DNA of 42,844 nucleotides from Bdellovibrionia bacterium (GCA_045805065.1 JBJMMA010000034.1:1-42844); one strand, 5' to 3'. Shown: positions 1-9,604, counted from the stretch's first letter. Numbers and translations are program-made. The notes: generated from the sequence alone by a model not told the origin.

Positions 1-349
1 AATGGTTTGGGTACTTGGCCCGGAAGCGAGCAAAGGCTTCGGGTGGGCAGCTATCGGAAAGAGAGCAGCCTGCACGAAGGTCTGGCATGATGACTTTTCG
101 CGATGGGTTAAGGATCTTGGCGCCTTCGGCCATGAAATGGACGCCTGCAAAGAGAATCAAATCCGCTTTGCTCTTTTGAGCCGCACGAGCCAGTTCCAAG
201 CTGTCGCCTACGAAGTCGGCAATATCCTGAATATCGGGCTCTTGATAGTAATGCGCTAAAATAACAGCATTTTTCTCCTTCTTGAGGCGATCGATTTCTT
301 GAAAGAGGTCTGCCGGAAAAGAAGCTTTTAATGAAGTTGCTGTCGACAC
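1..349 (-). CDS. nadA: quinolinate synthase NadA (5' part; runs off the window)
   Basis: Not in the ORF track. My minus-strand translation from GTG at 349 (AGGAGG SD 4 nt upstream) gives [31 protein letters not shown]...[16 protein letters not shown]...[14 protein letters not shown], the NadA N-terminal motifs. Confidence 0.95.
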   Translation of the reverse strand, partial: MSTATSLKASFPADLFQEIDRLKKEKNAVILAHYYQEPDIQDIADFVGDSLELARAAQKSKADLILFAGVHFMAEGAKILNPSRKVIMPDLRAGCSLSDSCPPEAFARFRAKYPNH

Positions 350-551
350 GATGCCTCCTATTTATCTCTCCGGTTTAGGCGAATCAACTCAGATCGCTCA
401 GGCGGCTGAACGAGCACGAAGCTTTGGCACAAGCTCGGCATAGATGGAACGAGGCTCTGAAGAGGCTGAACGGCCGTTTTAACGCAATGCAGCCAGCCAG
501 CGAAAAAGAGCTGTTCTTTTGACGCCAAAACGATTTAATTAAGACAACAGC

Positions 552-605
552 CGAGGCGGCCTCGCCGCTACGCTTAAAGTCGAGGCGGCCCCGCCGCTAC
601 GCTTA
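552..605. repeat. REP-like palindromic doublet (family A, copies 1-2)
   Basis: CGAGGCGGCC(T/C)CGCCGCTACGCTTA at 552-576 and 581-605, period 29 nt. It holds a GCGGC-N3-GCCGC hairpin followed by CTAC (GTAG on the minus strand). Confidence 0.85.
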
Positions 606-626
606 TAAAGGTTTTAAAGGTCGTTT

Positions 627-1049
627 ATGGTGAAAAAAGTCGGTCGGTTCTTCAGAGGCTCCAAAAAAGATTCTGCAAAAGATTCATCTAAGTCAGCTCA
701 ATCAGGAGGAGATCGGGTGAGGATTCTCAAAAAAGGACACGCAATGCGGGTCATTTTCTTTTACCCGGGCGAAGAGGGCACCTATGTCGACAATTGCGAC
801 GTAACGCTCTACGAGAACGGCATCATTCACATTGCCTCCAATCAAGAAGAGACAACGACTCATCTTCAGAACTGCGAGATCCTCTGGCGCTTTGAAACCG
901 AAGCCGAAGATCGCGCCAATAAGCTGCGCCTTTTGAAGCCCAAGGGCGGAGAAGCTGGCGCCAAGGCAAACGACGCAAAGTCGGATGCTGACGCTCCTCA
1001 TGCTGAAAAGCCTGGCAAAGGCTCCTCGAAAAATCCGGAACTCAGGTGA
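627..1049 (+). CDS. hypothetical protein (small beta-rich core, charged low-complexity termini)
   Basis: 140-aa ORF with AAAGGT upstream. Its stop overlaps the thiB GTG (GTGA). No family recognised. Confidence 0.7.
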   Translation: MVKKVGRFFRGSKKDSAKDSSKSAQSGGDRVRILKKGHAMRVIFFYPGEEGTYVDNCDVTLYENGIIHIASNQEETTTHLQNCEILWRFETEAEDRANKLRLLKPKGGEAGAKANDAKSDADAPHAEKPGKGSSKNPELR

Positions 1050-2173
1050 GAGCTCTTCGTGCGTTTGGGGCGAGGCGGCCCTGCCGCTACGCTAAAAGCC
1101 GAGGCGGCCTCGCCGCTACGCTTACAATGATTGCGCTTTTGACGGGAACGTTAGGCGCAACACCTAACGCAGGGGCGGAGGTTTCCAAGCCTACGCTGAC
1201 TCTTTACGTTTACGATAGTTTTGTCGCCAAGGGCGGCCTGGGCTCTGAGATCTTTCCCCAGTTTGAAAAGAAATGCGGATGCGAGCTGAAGATTCTTCCG
1301 TCCGGTGACGGAGGCCAGCTTCTCACAAGACTTCAGCTCGATGCTGAGCGCGGAAAGCCCAGCGCTCAAGTCGCCGTCGGTTTGGATGAGCCGACTTTTG
1401 ATCGCGCGCGCCCCTGGCTTGAGGGTGCAACTGATTGGATTCCGCGCGGGATGCGGGATCTTCACCCGGATCTCAAACGCACGCCGGGTTTTTATCCCTT
1501 TGACTACGGATTTTTTGCATTCATGGCTGATCATCAGGCGCTGAGTGAAGCAAAGCTTTCGATGCCGAAAAAACTGACGGATCTTTTGGCGCCACAATGG
1601 AAGCGCCAGGTGATTCTGGAGGATCCGCGCACCTCGACTCCTGGCCTTGCGTTCGTGCTTTACGCCAATCAAGTTTCTGGAATGTCGGGGAAAGAGTTCT
1701 GGCCCAAGATGCGAACTCAGTGGCTTACCCTGGCCGCGGGTTGGGATAGCGCCTATGGTTTATTCTTAAGAAAAGAAGCGCCGCTGGTTTGGAGCTACAC
1801 AACGAGCCAGGCCTATCATGAAGCGCATGGAGATCCGGCAGGATCCCGCCGTTATGAGGCCGTGCTTTTTGAAGAAGGCCAACCGATCCAGATTGAAGGC
1901 GCAGCGCTTGTGAAAAACTCTTTTGCTCCGGGAGAGCAGGGGAAGAAGCAAAAAGAGCTCGCACGCCAGTTTCTGGAGTTTCTAATCTCACCTGAAGTCC
2001 AGGCTTTGGTGCCCACTCATCAGTGGATGTATCCTGCGCGAAAATCGACGCCGCTTCCTCCTGGCTTTACTCATGTTCCAAGACCTAAAAAAACCGTGCA
2101 CCTGAAAGTCAAAGCAGACGAAGTCTCCTCTGCGCTTTCCGAATGGTCTCGAGCGATCGAAGGAGCTCTCTAA
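1046..2173 (+). CDS. thiB: thiamine ABC transporter substrate-binding protein (start 1046 or 1127)
   Basis: LTLYVYDSF, FEKKCGC, PFDYGFFAF, EDPRTSTPGLAF, GWDSAYGLF, WSYTTSQAYH, QIEGAA and QWMYP are TbpA/ThiB motifs. Confidence 0.9.
   Translation: MRALRAFGARRPCRYAKSRGGLAATLTMIALLTGTLGATPNAGAEVSKPTLTLYVYDSFVAKGGLGSEIFPQFEKKCGCELKILPSGDGGQLLTRLQLDAERGKPSAQVAVGLDEPTFDRARPWLEGATDWIPRGMRDLHPDLKRTPGFYPFDYGFFAFMADHQALSEAKLSMPKKLTDLLAPQWKRQVILEDPRTSTPGLAFVLYANQVSGMSGKEFWPKMRTQWLTLAAGWDSAYGLFLRKEAPLVWSYTTSQAYHEAHGDPAGSRRYEAVLFEEGQPIQIEGAALVKNSFAPGEQGKKQKELARQFLEFLISPEVQALVPTHQWMYPARKSTPLPPGFTHVPRPKKTVHLKVKADEVSSALSEWSRAIEGAL
1071..1124. repeat. REP-like palindromic doublet (family A, copies 3-4)
   Basis: CGAGGCGGCCCTGCCGCTACGCTAA at 1071-1095 and CGAGGCGGCCTCGCCGCTACGCTTA at 1100-1124. 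Same orientation and 29-nt period as 552-605. Confidence 0.85.
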
Positions 2174-2174
2174 A

Positions 2175-3764
2175 TTGCGTCCCAATCGATTGCTGTTTGG
2201 AACCGCTGCCGCATGGGTTTGTTTGTTCTGGCTTGGATGCGTTGCGGTTCCTCTGGTGACGCTTCTTGCGCGCGTAAAAAACTGGAGCGCGCTTTGGGAT
2301 CCTTTGATTCTTCAAATCACTTATCTGACGGCCGGGCAGGCTCTGATCAGTGCCGTGATTTCTGCGGCAGTTGCCTTGCCCTTAGGGCTTTGGATCGGAT
2401 CTAGCGGTTTGGCGGAGAGGCGATGGGCGCAAGCGCTCTTAGCGCTTCCTTTTGGGGTTCCTACGGTGGTTGCAGGACTTGCGTGGGTGATTCTTTTGGG
2501 GCGCTCCGGAATTTTTGCGGGGCTCGATTGGGCCTATAGTTTCAAGGCCGTCATCCTTGCGCATGTCGTGTTCAACGTGCCGTGGATTGCGCTCTGGGTT
2601 GCGCAAGCACGCTCCTATTTGCCTGCAAGCCGACTTGAGGCTGCGCGGACGCTAGGCGCGCGCGGTGGGGCAAGCTTTAGAACAATCATCTGGCCGCAGG
2701 TCAAATGGTCCTTCTGGAGCGCGGCTTGCCAGACCTTTGTTTTCTGCGCCATGAGTTTTGCTCTGATTCTGGTGCTCGGAGGCGGGCCTCCGGTTCAGAC
2801 GCTGGAGATCGCGCTTTTTTCCCACATCCGTTTTGGAAGCCTCGACATCGATGGAGCGATTGCTTGCGCGATCTGGGAATTATTGGTCACGCTTTTGCCC
2901 TGGTGTCTGGTGGTGTATTTTCAGATGCGCGAAGAGCATGCGATCTCTCGGTCCACAAGGGAGAGAGGCCTGGAATCCTCTCGCGGCTTTTTTTTGCGAT
3001 GGCTCCCCGTGGGTGTCGCTTTGGTGTTCTTTCTTCCTTATCTTGCCGTTTTAACGACAGGACGCCACTGGGGAGAATCCGCTTACTTTCCGATCCGTGA
3101 TGAGGTCGTGCCCGCTCTATGGATCTCTTTGAAGCTCGCGCTCGCGACGGCTTTTGGCGCGCTTTTTACTTCGATCTGCGCAGTTCTTTTTATTGAGATG
3201 CTTCCGCGCCAACGTTCAAATTCTTCAAGCGCATTGCGAGGCGCGCTGCTTTTTCTCATGGGCGTGCCGAACGGGATTTCAGCGCTCGTTCTGGGGCTTG
3301 GACTTTGGCTGGCCTACGGGAAGTGGATTGATCCCTTCAGCGGAAGCTACGGCGCGATCATCGCGCTTCAGATGACGATCTTTTTTCCGATCGCGTTTCG
3401 TATTCTCTGGCCCATTGCCAGAGATCGGGATCAGAAGCTTGTTGAAGCCGCGCTCCTGATGGGCGCTTCACGCACACGCGCGTTTTTTACGGTGGAATGG
3501 TCTCGCTGGAAAGCGCCGCTTTTGAGCGCCTTTGCCATGGTCGTAGGGGCAAGCTTGGGCGAAGTGTCGGCCGTGAGTTTGTTTTACAGTGAAGATTTGA
3601 TTCCTTTACCGCTTCTTGTTTCGCGCTGGTCGGCTCAGTATCGTTTTGGAGATGCTCAGGCAGTTGCGGTGCTGTTGCTTTTTCTTTGCTCGGGAGTCAT
3701 TCTCTTAGCGTATCCCTTTGCCTATTTAGGTAAGGGGGCAGACAGGAAAATTTCCCTCCAATGA
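2175..3764 (+). CDS. thiP: thiamine ABC transporter permease
   Basis: Hydrophobic protein with two EAA loops (LEAARTLGA, VEAALLMGAS) and ILAHVVFNVP, located between thiB and an ATPase. Confidence 0.85.
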   Translation: MRPNRLLFGTAAAWVCLFWLGCVAVPLVTLLARVKNWSALWDPLILQITYLTAGQALISAVISAAVALPLGLWIGSSGLAERRWAQALLALPFGVPTVVAGLAWVILLGRSGIFAGLDWAYSFKAVILAHVVFNVPWIALWVAQARSYLPASRLEAARTLGARGGASFRTIIWPQVKWSFWSAACQTFVFCAMSFALILVLGGGPPVQTLEIALFSHIRFGSLDIDGAIACAIWELLVTLLPWCLVVYFQMREEHAISRSTRERGLESSRGFFLRWLPVGVALVFFLPYLAVLTTGRHWGESAYFPIRDEVVPALWISLKLALATAFGALFTSICAVLFIEMLPRQRSNSSSALRGALLFLMGVPNGISALVLGLGLWLAYGKWIDPFSGSYGAIIALQMTIFFPIAFRILWPIARDRDQKLVEAALLMGASRTRAFFTVEWSRWKAPLLSAFAMVVGASLGEVSAVSLFYSEDLIPLPLLVSRWSAQYRFGDAQAVAVLLLFLCSGVILLAYPFAYLGKGADRKISLQ

Positions 3765-4501
3765 CGTCCCAAAAAACTCCTATGCTTGCTGGCGCAAATC
3801 AAGAAAGCGCGAAGTCCGGGCTTCGTTTGGAAAGTCTGCGAAAACGCGTGGTGGACTCTTTTGGAGACTTCACGCTGGCGGCGGATTTTTCACTGGCTCA
3901 AGGTGAGCGCGCAGCCCTCATTGGCAAAAGCGGCATGGGAAAAACCACGCTTCTCAGGCTGATTGCTGGCCTTGAAACGCCTGATTCGGGCCGCGTTTGG
4001 ATGGGTAGCCAGGATGTGACCCCATGGACGCCCCAAAAGCGGCGAGTGGGTTTTGTCTTTCAGGAGTCGGCTCTTTTTCCTTCGCTGGATGTTTTAGGGA
4101 ATGTGATTTTCGGTCTGATCCAGTCCGGAGTATCTCGTCCGGATGCTGAAAAGCAGGGGATGGAATGGCTGGAAAAGGTAGGGCTCGCACCTAAGGCCCA
4201 TTCCCAGATCGGGATCCTATCGGGGGGCGAGGCCCAACGAGTGGCTTTTGCTCGAGCTCTGATCTGGAAACCTCAGGTCATTTTACTCGACGAGCCTTTT
4301 TCGGCTCTGGATGCGGAACTCAGGCAGGAGCTTCGCTTGCAGCTTCTCCAGCTCCATGAGCAGTGGCCTGTTCCCTTGCTTCTTGTGAGTCATGACGCAC
4401 AGGATCTAGAGGCGATCGCCAACGTTCGACTCACGCTTCAGGCTGCCACAGGCTCTTCCGAGCGAGTTGTGATGCGTGACAGCATGCGTTCGGGCGCATA
4501 A
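3761..4501 (+). CDS. thiQ: thiamine ABC transporter ATP-binding protein
   Basis: Walker A GKSGMGKT, signature LSGGEAQ, Walker B ILLDEPF; ATGA overlap with thiP. Confidence 0.85.
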   Translation: MTSQKTPMLAGANQESAKSGLRLESLRKRVVDSFGDFTLAADFSLAQGERAALIGKSGMGKTTLLRLIAGLETPDSGRVWMGSQDVTPWTPQKRRVGFVFQESALFPSLDVLGNVIFGLIQSGVSRPDAEKQGMEWLEKVGLAPKAHSQIGILSGGEAQRVAFARALIWKPQVILLDEPFSALDAELRQELRLQLLQLHEQWPVPLLLVSHDAQDLEAIANVRLTLQAATGSSERVVMRDSMRSGA

Positions 4502-4570
4502 TCCGCTTGCCGAAATGCGCCAGGATTGTCTAAAGTCGCCGAATCTAAAAAATTTGGAGGTTCAAAAGAA

Positions 4571-5896
4571 ATGTCGAAGGCACCCCAGTTTCAAAAGCTG
4601 ACCGCACCAAGCCGCGGGGAAACGATCACGATTCAGAACGGCAAGTTGAATGTGCCGAACAATCCAGTCATTCCATTCATCGAAGGCGATGGAACCGGTC
4701 CAGATATCTGGAAAGCTTCTCAGCGCGTTCTCGATGCTGCTGTTGAAAAAGCTTACGGCGGTAAGCGCAAGATCGAATGGTTCGAAGTCTACGCTGGCGA
4801 GAAGTCTTTCAACAAGTTCAACGACTGGCTGCCAGAAGACACTCTGACGGCTCTTCGTCATTATCTCGTTTCCATCAAGGGCCCTCTCACCACCCCAGTC
4901 GGTGGCGGTATTCGTTCCTTGAACGTGGCACTTCGCCAGATGCTTGACCTCTACGTCTGCTTGCGCCCAGTGCGCTGGTTCAAGGGCGTTCCTTCCCCAG
5001 TGAAGCATCCTGAGAAGGTCGATATGGCGATCTTCCGTGAGAACACCGAAGACATCTACGCTGGTATCGAATTCGAAATGGGAAGCGATGCTGCGAAGAA
5101 GATGCTCGGATTCTTGAAAGAGAATTTTCCGAAGGACTTCGCAAAAATTCGTTTCCCTGAGACCAGCGGTCTCGGCGTGAAGCCAGTTTCCAAAGAAGGC
5201 ACGGAACGTCTCGTTCGCTCTGCGATCGAATACGCTGTTGCCAACAAGCGCAAATCCGTGACGATCGTTCACAAGGGCAACATCATGAAGTTCACCGAAG
5301 GTGGATTCCGTGGTTGGGCTTATGCTCTGGCTGAGCGTGAGTTTGGCGCACAAACCTACACCTGGGAACAATGGGAAAAGACCAAGAAGGCAAGCGGTGA
5401 AGAAGCTGCAAACGCCGAACAAAAGGCAGCGCTCGCTTCTGGCAAGATCCTGATCAAGGACGCCATTGCCGACATTGCTCTTCAACAAGTTCTGACCCGT
5501 CCTGAAGAGTTTGACGTCATCGCGACGTTGAATCTCAACGGCGACTACCTCTCCGACGCTTTGGCTGCACAAGTCGGCGGCATCGGTATCGCTCCAGGCG
5601 GTAACGCAAACTACGTCACCGGCCACGCTGTTTTCGAAGCAACGCACGGCACGGCACCTAAGTACGCAAACTTGGATAAGGTCAATCCAGGCTCTGTCAT
5701 CCTCTCGGGCGAAATGATGCTTCGCTATATGGGCTGGAACGAAGCTGCTGATCTCATCATCAAGGGTATGGACGGCGCCATCGGCTCCAAGCATGTCACT
5801 TACGACTTTGCTCGCCTCATGAAGCAAGAAGGCGGAGCAGGCGTTTCGGAAGTGAAGTGCTCTGAGTTTGGTGAGCAGATCATCAAGTTCATGTAA
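4571..5896 (+). CDS. icd: NADP-dependent isocitrate dehydrogenase
   Basis: [55 protein letters not shown] at 4571 follows GGAGG. Confidence 0.97.
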   Translation: MSKAPQFQKLTAPSRGETITIQNGKLNVPNNPVIPFIEGDGTGPDIWKASQRVLDAAVEKAYGGKRKIEWFEVYAGEKSFNKFNDWLPEDTLTALRHYLVSIKGPLTTPVGGGIRSLNVALRQMLDLYVCLRPVRWFKGVPSPVKHPEKVDMAIFRENTEDIYAGIEFEMGSDAAKKMLGFLKENFPKDFAKIRFPETSGLGVKPVSKEGTERLVRSAIEYAVANKRKSVTIVHKGNIMKFTEGGFRGWAYALAEREFGAQTYTWEQWEKTKKASGEEAANAEQKAALASGKILIKDAIADIALQQVLTRPEEFDVIATLNLNGDYLSDALAAQVGGIGIAPGGNANYVTGHAVFEATHGTAPKYANLDKVNPGSVILSGEMMLRYMGWNEAADLIIKGMDGAIGSKHVTYDFARLMKQEGGAGVSEVKCSEFGEQIIKFM

Positions 5897-5932
5897 TTCA
5901 GTCGAGCCCGTTAGGGATCGATTTTAGACTTT

Positions 5933-5974
5933 AAAACCCCCGGTTGGGCTTTGTTGCCTGGCTGGGGGTTTTTT
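5933..5974. terminator. intrinsic terminator after icd, probably bidirectional
   Basis: AAAACCCCCGGTTGGGC...GCCTGGCTGGGGGTTTTTT stem with A and T tracts, between convergent genes. Confidence 0.8.
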
Positions 5975-5982
5975 ATTGCCCC

Positions 5983-7170
5983 TTAATCTAGAGTAGGGCG
6001 CCAGGACTCCTCATGTCGGATCTGAGAATCTAATAAGTCATGAATCGCATTCTCGTCGCAATGCTCAGGATCTGTAAAAGTCTTCGACCATTTGGTCTTG
6101 AACGGATCGATGTCGATATAGTCTTTGTAGCTTTTAGAGAGTTCCTTTGGAATTTCCTGATCTGGATGATTTTTCATCCAAGCATTCCGACCCAGTGTAA
6201 TTCCAATTTGCATCTCTAGCGCAAACCAATGGACAAATTCTTTGTAAGCGCTTGCTTCCGCATTCTTGCGGACGACTCTTTGAGCCCATTCAAAAATCAG
6301 CACACGGAAATGATCATCAGGTTCATTGAGAAGTTCTTTAATGAGATGCATTGAAGGCAAATAGTTTGCATTCGGGAGAACACGGGTCGCCTGAAGGCTA
6401 ATGATGAATTGACTTGAACTTTGAAGTCCCCATTCGTGGATTTCTTTGGAGACATTGAGCAGAGGCGAACCAAAACCGGATGTCTCTGCCATCTGGATCA
6501 AATCATCTTTAACACTATCAGAAGGCTGCTTCAGCTTTGATCGAACTGCTGCACGGAAATAAAGATAAATGCCGTTTTTAGGATCATCTGAAGTAAGCTG
6601 ACTTAAAAGTCGGTAGGACTTTTTCAGCTGAAGGGCTTTTGGCTTTGGAACTCCATCTAATAGATCTCCTATATAAAGCGCGTACAGAAATTTCCGCGCG
6701 TTCATGTCTCGGGCCGGGGAATAATTAGCCAATCGACTCGGGTCGATCAATAGATCGGCAGCAGTAGTGAGTTTCCCATCTAATAGCTGAACAAGATCTT
6801 CTTTATCTAGATCATACAGCTCGTTTCTTTGAAGAAGCTGGCAGGCCTCATCCTTTGACAGAAGTTCTTTGATTTCTTGAAGTCTGATAGCTTTTTCACT
6901 CTTTAGGTAGGACCGCTCCGTCTCTATTTCTTTTTCACCTTCGAGTTTTAAAATCTCAGAGGAAGAAGTCGCGTTAGCCGAAGGGGGCGTCGTTTTCGGA
7001 GCGGCAATGCTGCGTGAAATAGGCTGAGGGGGAGCAATCCATCGTTGCCAGGCTGATTGGCTCAGTGCTCTCAGTTCCGGAAAGCCGAAAAACAGCCCGA
7101 TACAGAGCCCAATACATAGAAAGATAAAACCGGATGTGATCGCTGCAAAAATCCGGCGAGATGATTTCAT
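5983..7170 (-). CDS. hypothetical membrane-anchored helical protein
   Basis: About 395 aa, with a basic N-terminus, one hydrophobic segment and a TPR-like stretch (DPKNGIYLYFRAAV). ATG at 7170 lies 7 nt after TGcTACCCT, an extended -10-like box. Looks AT-richer than its neighbours by eye. Confidence 0.75.
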   Translation of the reverse strand: MKSSRRIFAAITSGFIFLCIGLCIGLFFGFPELRALSQSAWQRWIAPPQPISRSIAAPKTTPPSANATSSSEILKLEGEKEIETERSYLKSEKAIRLQEIKELLSKDEACQLLQRNELYDLDKEDLVQLLDGKLTTAADLLIDPSRLANYSPARDMNARKFLYALYIGDLLDGVPKPKALQLKKSYRLLSQLTSDDPKNGIYLYFRAAVRSKLKQPSDSVKDDLIQMAETSGFGSPLLNVSKEIHEWGLQSSSQFIISLQATRVLPNANYLPSMHLIKELLNEPDDHFRVLIFEWAQRVVRKNAEASAYKEFVHWFALEMQIGITLGRNAWMKNHPDQEIPKELSKSYKDYIDIDPFKTKWSKTFTDPEHCDENAIHDLLDSQIRHEESWRPTLD

Positions 7171-7263
7171 ATTCAAAAGGGTAGCATGGCGACAAAATGA
7201 CGCGCCATTTCTTCGTGCGAAGAAGCGGTGCGATAAAGTCCAAAAATCGTCCTCTCAATCCGA

Positions 7264-7316
7264 TTGACCCCATTCAAGAGGAAGCCTAAGATCCGATCGC
7301 AGGCACGGCACTTGCC
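7264..7316 (+). promoter_or_regulatory. candidate mdh promoters (sigma70 and sigma54)
   Basis: TTGACC-N17-TAAGAT at 7264-7292; AGGCACG-GCAC-TTGC (GG-N10-GC) at 7301-7315. Confidence 0.5.
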
Positions 7317-7375
7317 GCGCCGAAATTCTTCTCAAAGCCCTAACAGGTCAAATAAGTCTAAGGAGACTTCCCAAA

Positions 7376-8368
7376 ATGGCAAAAGCACCAGTACGTGTTG
7401 CAGTCACCGGCGCCGCCGGACAAATCGGTTACGCACTTCTTTTCCGCATCGCCTCCGGCGAAATGCTCGGAAAAGATCAGCCAGTCATTCTTCAGATGCT
7501 TGAGCTTCCACAAGCACAGAAGGCACTCAAGGGCGTGATGATGGAACTCGAAGACTGCGCGTTCCCTCTCCTCGCAGGAATGGTTGCATCCGATGATCCA
7601 AACGTCGCCTTCAAAGACGCAGACGTGGTTCTCCTCGTTGGCGCAAGACCACGCGGCCCAGGAATGGAGCGCAAGGATCTTCTCACCGAAAACGGCAAGA
7701 TCTTCACCGTTCAAGGCGAAGCGATTGGCAAGCATGCTAGCCCGAACGTGAAAGTTCTCGTCGTCGGCAATCCATGCAACACCAACGCATACATCGCGAT
7801 GAAGACCGCCGAGAAGTTCGGCCGCGTGAAGCCACAGAACTTCACCGCAATGCTCCGCCTCGATCACAACCGCGCTCTTTCGCAGCTTGCGAACAAGACC
7901 GGTCGTCCAGTGGCAAGCTTCAAAAAGCTCATCGTTTGGGGCAACCACAGCCCAACGATGTACCCAGACTATCGTTTCGCAACTTCGAACGGTGACTCTG
8001 TTGCAAAGCTCGCAAGCGACGAAACCTGGATGAAGGAAACCTTCATTCCTACCGTCGGCAAGCGTGGCGCAGCGATCATCGACGCTCGCGGCCTCTCTTC
8101 TGCAGCCAGCGCTGCAAACGCAGCCATCGACCACATGCACGACTGGTGGTTGGGCTCGAAGGGTGAGTGGGTCACCATGGGCGTTCCATCGGATGGCTCT
8201 TACGGCATTCCAAAGGGCGTGATCTACGGCTTCCCATGCACGACTGAGAATGGCGAATACAAGATCGTTCAAGGTCTTGAGATCGACACTTTCTCGAAGT
8301 CCAAGATGGATGCAACGCTGAAGGAGCTCGAAGAAGAGCGCTCTGCTGTTGCTTCGATGCTTGGATAA
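7376..8368 (+). CDS. mdh: malate dehydrogenase (type 2)
   Basis: [61 protein letters not shown]. Confidence 0.97.
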   Translation: MAKAPVRVAVTGAAGQIGYALLFRIASGEMLGKDQPVILQMLELPQAQKALKGVMMELEDCAFPLLAGMVASDDPNVAFKDADVVLLVGARPRGPGMERKDLLTENGKIFTVQGEAIGKHASPNVKVLVVGNPCNTNAYIAMKTAEKFGRVKPQNFTAMLRLDHNRALSQLANKTGRPVASFKKLIVWGNHSPTMYPDYRFATSNGDSVAKLASDETWMKETFIPTVGKRGAAIIDARGLSSAASAANAAIDHMHDWWLGSKGEWVTMGVPSDGSYGIPKGVIYGFPCTTENGEYKIVQGLEIDTFSKSKMDATLKELEEERSAVASMLG

Positions 8369-8410
8369 ATCGAATCGCGATCAGCGATTTGATTGTCTGT
8401 GAATCTTAAG

Positions 8411-8452
8411 AAACGCGCTTCAGGATCAAACCTGAAGCGCGTTTTGTTTTTT
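8411..8452. terminator. intrinsic terminator after mdh
   Basis: AAACGCGCTTCAGG-ATCAAA-CCTGAAGCGCGTTTTGTTTTT. Confidence 0.85.
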
Positions 8453-8523
8453 AGAAACTTCCGCTATCGCGGTTTGGAGCTGAGATTTGGTGGATGATTG
8501 ATGATCTTATCCAAAGAACCTGC

Positions 8524-9435
8524 TCATTTGATACCGCGCTGCGCAGCTTCCGCTTCCCAGCGAACTAGCATTTCGTCTTTTTCGTGATAACGAAGACTCC
8601 GCCATACAGCCAAAGCATCTTCATCTTTAGGCTACTCAGAAACTGGAAAACGGCGCACATGAAGCTTCACGCTGCGAGTAAGACCGCGCCCGAACTCCGA
8701 GAGACTTGCGATGCCTTGTTCATAAAAAATCGTCGCATCGTAAACCGCATCAAGACGATCGCCGAGTTCCTGAATCGCGGTAGCAAATCCTTTGCGCTTT
8801 GGAATCAAAGTGTGTTGCGGAACAGGATAACCCTTGGTCCGGGCGTAATCTTGCGCCTTTTTCAATTTTGAAGGTTTGATGCGAGTGCCTTCCACAAAGG
8901 ACACAAGCCAGAACGGAACTCCAAGATTTCTTAAGCGCGCAAATGTCTTTTGAATATTGGCGTAATCGGCGTACCAGTTGCGCTTCAAGAAAACGCAGCC
9001 CAGGAAATACATTCCCCAACCAATGCCAGGAATGTATTTCAGTGAATCCTTCACATACCACTTCATGTCTCCCAGACGACCTTTGCGGATCGCGAGAGTC
9101 ATGAGAATTGGGATGTCAGGCATTTGCTGGTGATTGGCGATCAGTAAGACATTTTCGCCATATGGGATTTCATCGCCAGAAAATTCAACTTGAAGCCCAA
9201 GCCATTTTTCGGCCCAAAACGTCAGAAATCCCCACCAAAGATTGGCGCACTCTCGATTGATTTTCCAAACCAGCCAGCGAGAGAAGGGGAAGAAGAGAAA
9301 GCTCAGGCACTGGATGATGTTGAAGCAGAAGAGACTTCCCATGAGGAGGATGGCCCACGCGAGGAGATCAATCCACGAGAGGAACCGGCGCAGGGGACTG
9401 CGATGATCAACAACGTATCGAATCGAGGTGTTCAC
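8524..9435 (-). CDS. lysophospholipid acyltransferase (PlsC/LPAAT/LCLAT1-like), interrupted by an in-frame TAG at 8632-8634
   Basis: NHQxxxD, KDSLKYIPGIGW, FVEGTR, HTLIPKRKGF, DAVYDAT. After the TAG the same frame reads PKDEDALAVWRSLRYHEKDEML...TGA (8524), resembling the family C-terminal W..R..EKD motif. Confidence 0.85.
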
Positions 9436-9494
9436 GATGCCCCTAATGTCCGGTTCTCTTCAAAAAAGATCAAGCCTAAGATGAGGTCCCGGGG

Positions 9495-9590
9495 CTATGC
9501 CAGGTTTTGGCTTGCCCACACACAGATCAGGCCAATGGTCAGAATAATCATGACAGGGATAGCTTGTTGGTTCGTTTGAGTGTTCCACAT
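9495..9590 (-). CDS. candidate 31-aa single-pass membrane peptide
   Basis: MWNTQTNQQAIPVMIILTIGLICVWASQNLA*. Below the ORF-track cut-off; preceded by a sigma54-like motif. Confidence 0.45.
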   Translation of the reverse strand: MWNTQTNQQAIPVMIILTIGLICVWASQNLA

Positions 9591-9604
9591 AATGCCCTAC
9601 ATAA

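Noticed and set aside
2..259. 85-aa plus-strand ORF
   Set aside because: Antisense shadow of nadA, which has clear motifs on the minus strand.
360..480. Possible NAD+ riboswitch in the nadA leader (CGTTCAGCC occurs twice)
   Set aside because: I could not match it to the nadA-motif consensus or build a convincing tandem structure; an Rfam search would be needed.
552..1124. Repeats as a CRISPR array
   Set aside because: Only 4 nt separate the units, there are no unique spacers, and no cas genes are in the window.
4562..5827. Long antisense ORFs (also 7358-8272, 12414-13619, 13716-14426, 33481-34896, 36197-37180)
   Set aside because: They mirror conserved genes with strong codon bias and show no recognisable motifs.
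8632..8634. Genome-wide TAG reassignment or pyrrolysine
   Set aside because: Other genes end in TAG at expected positions and no pyl genes are in the window.
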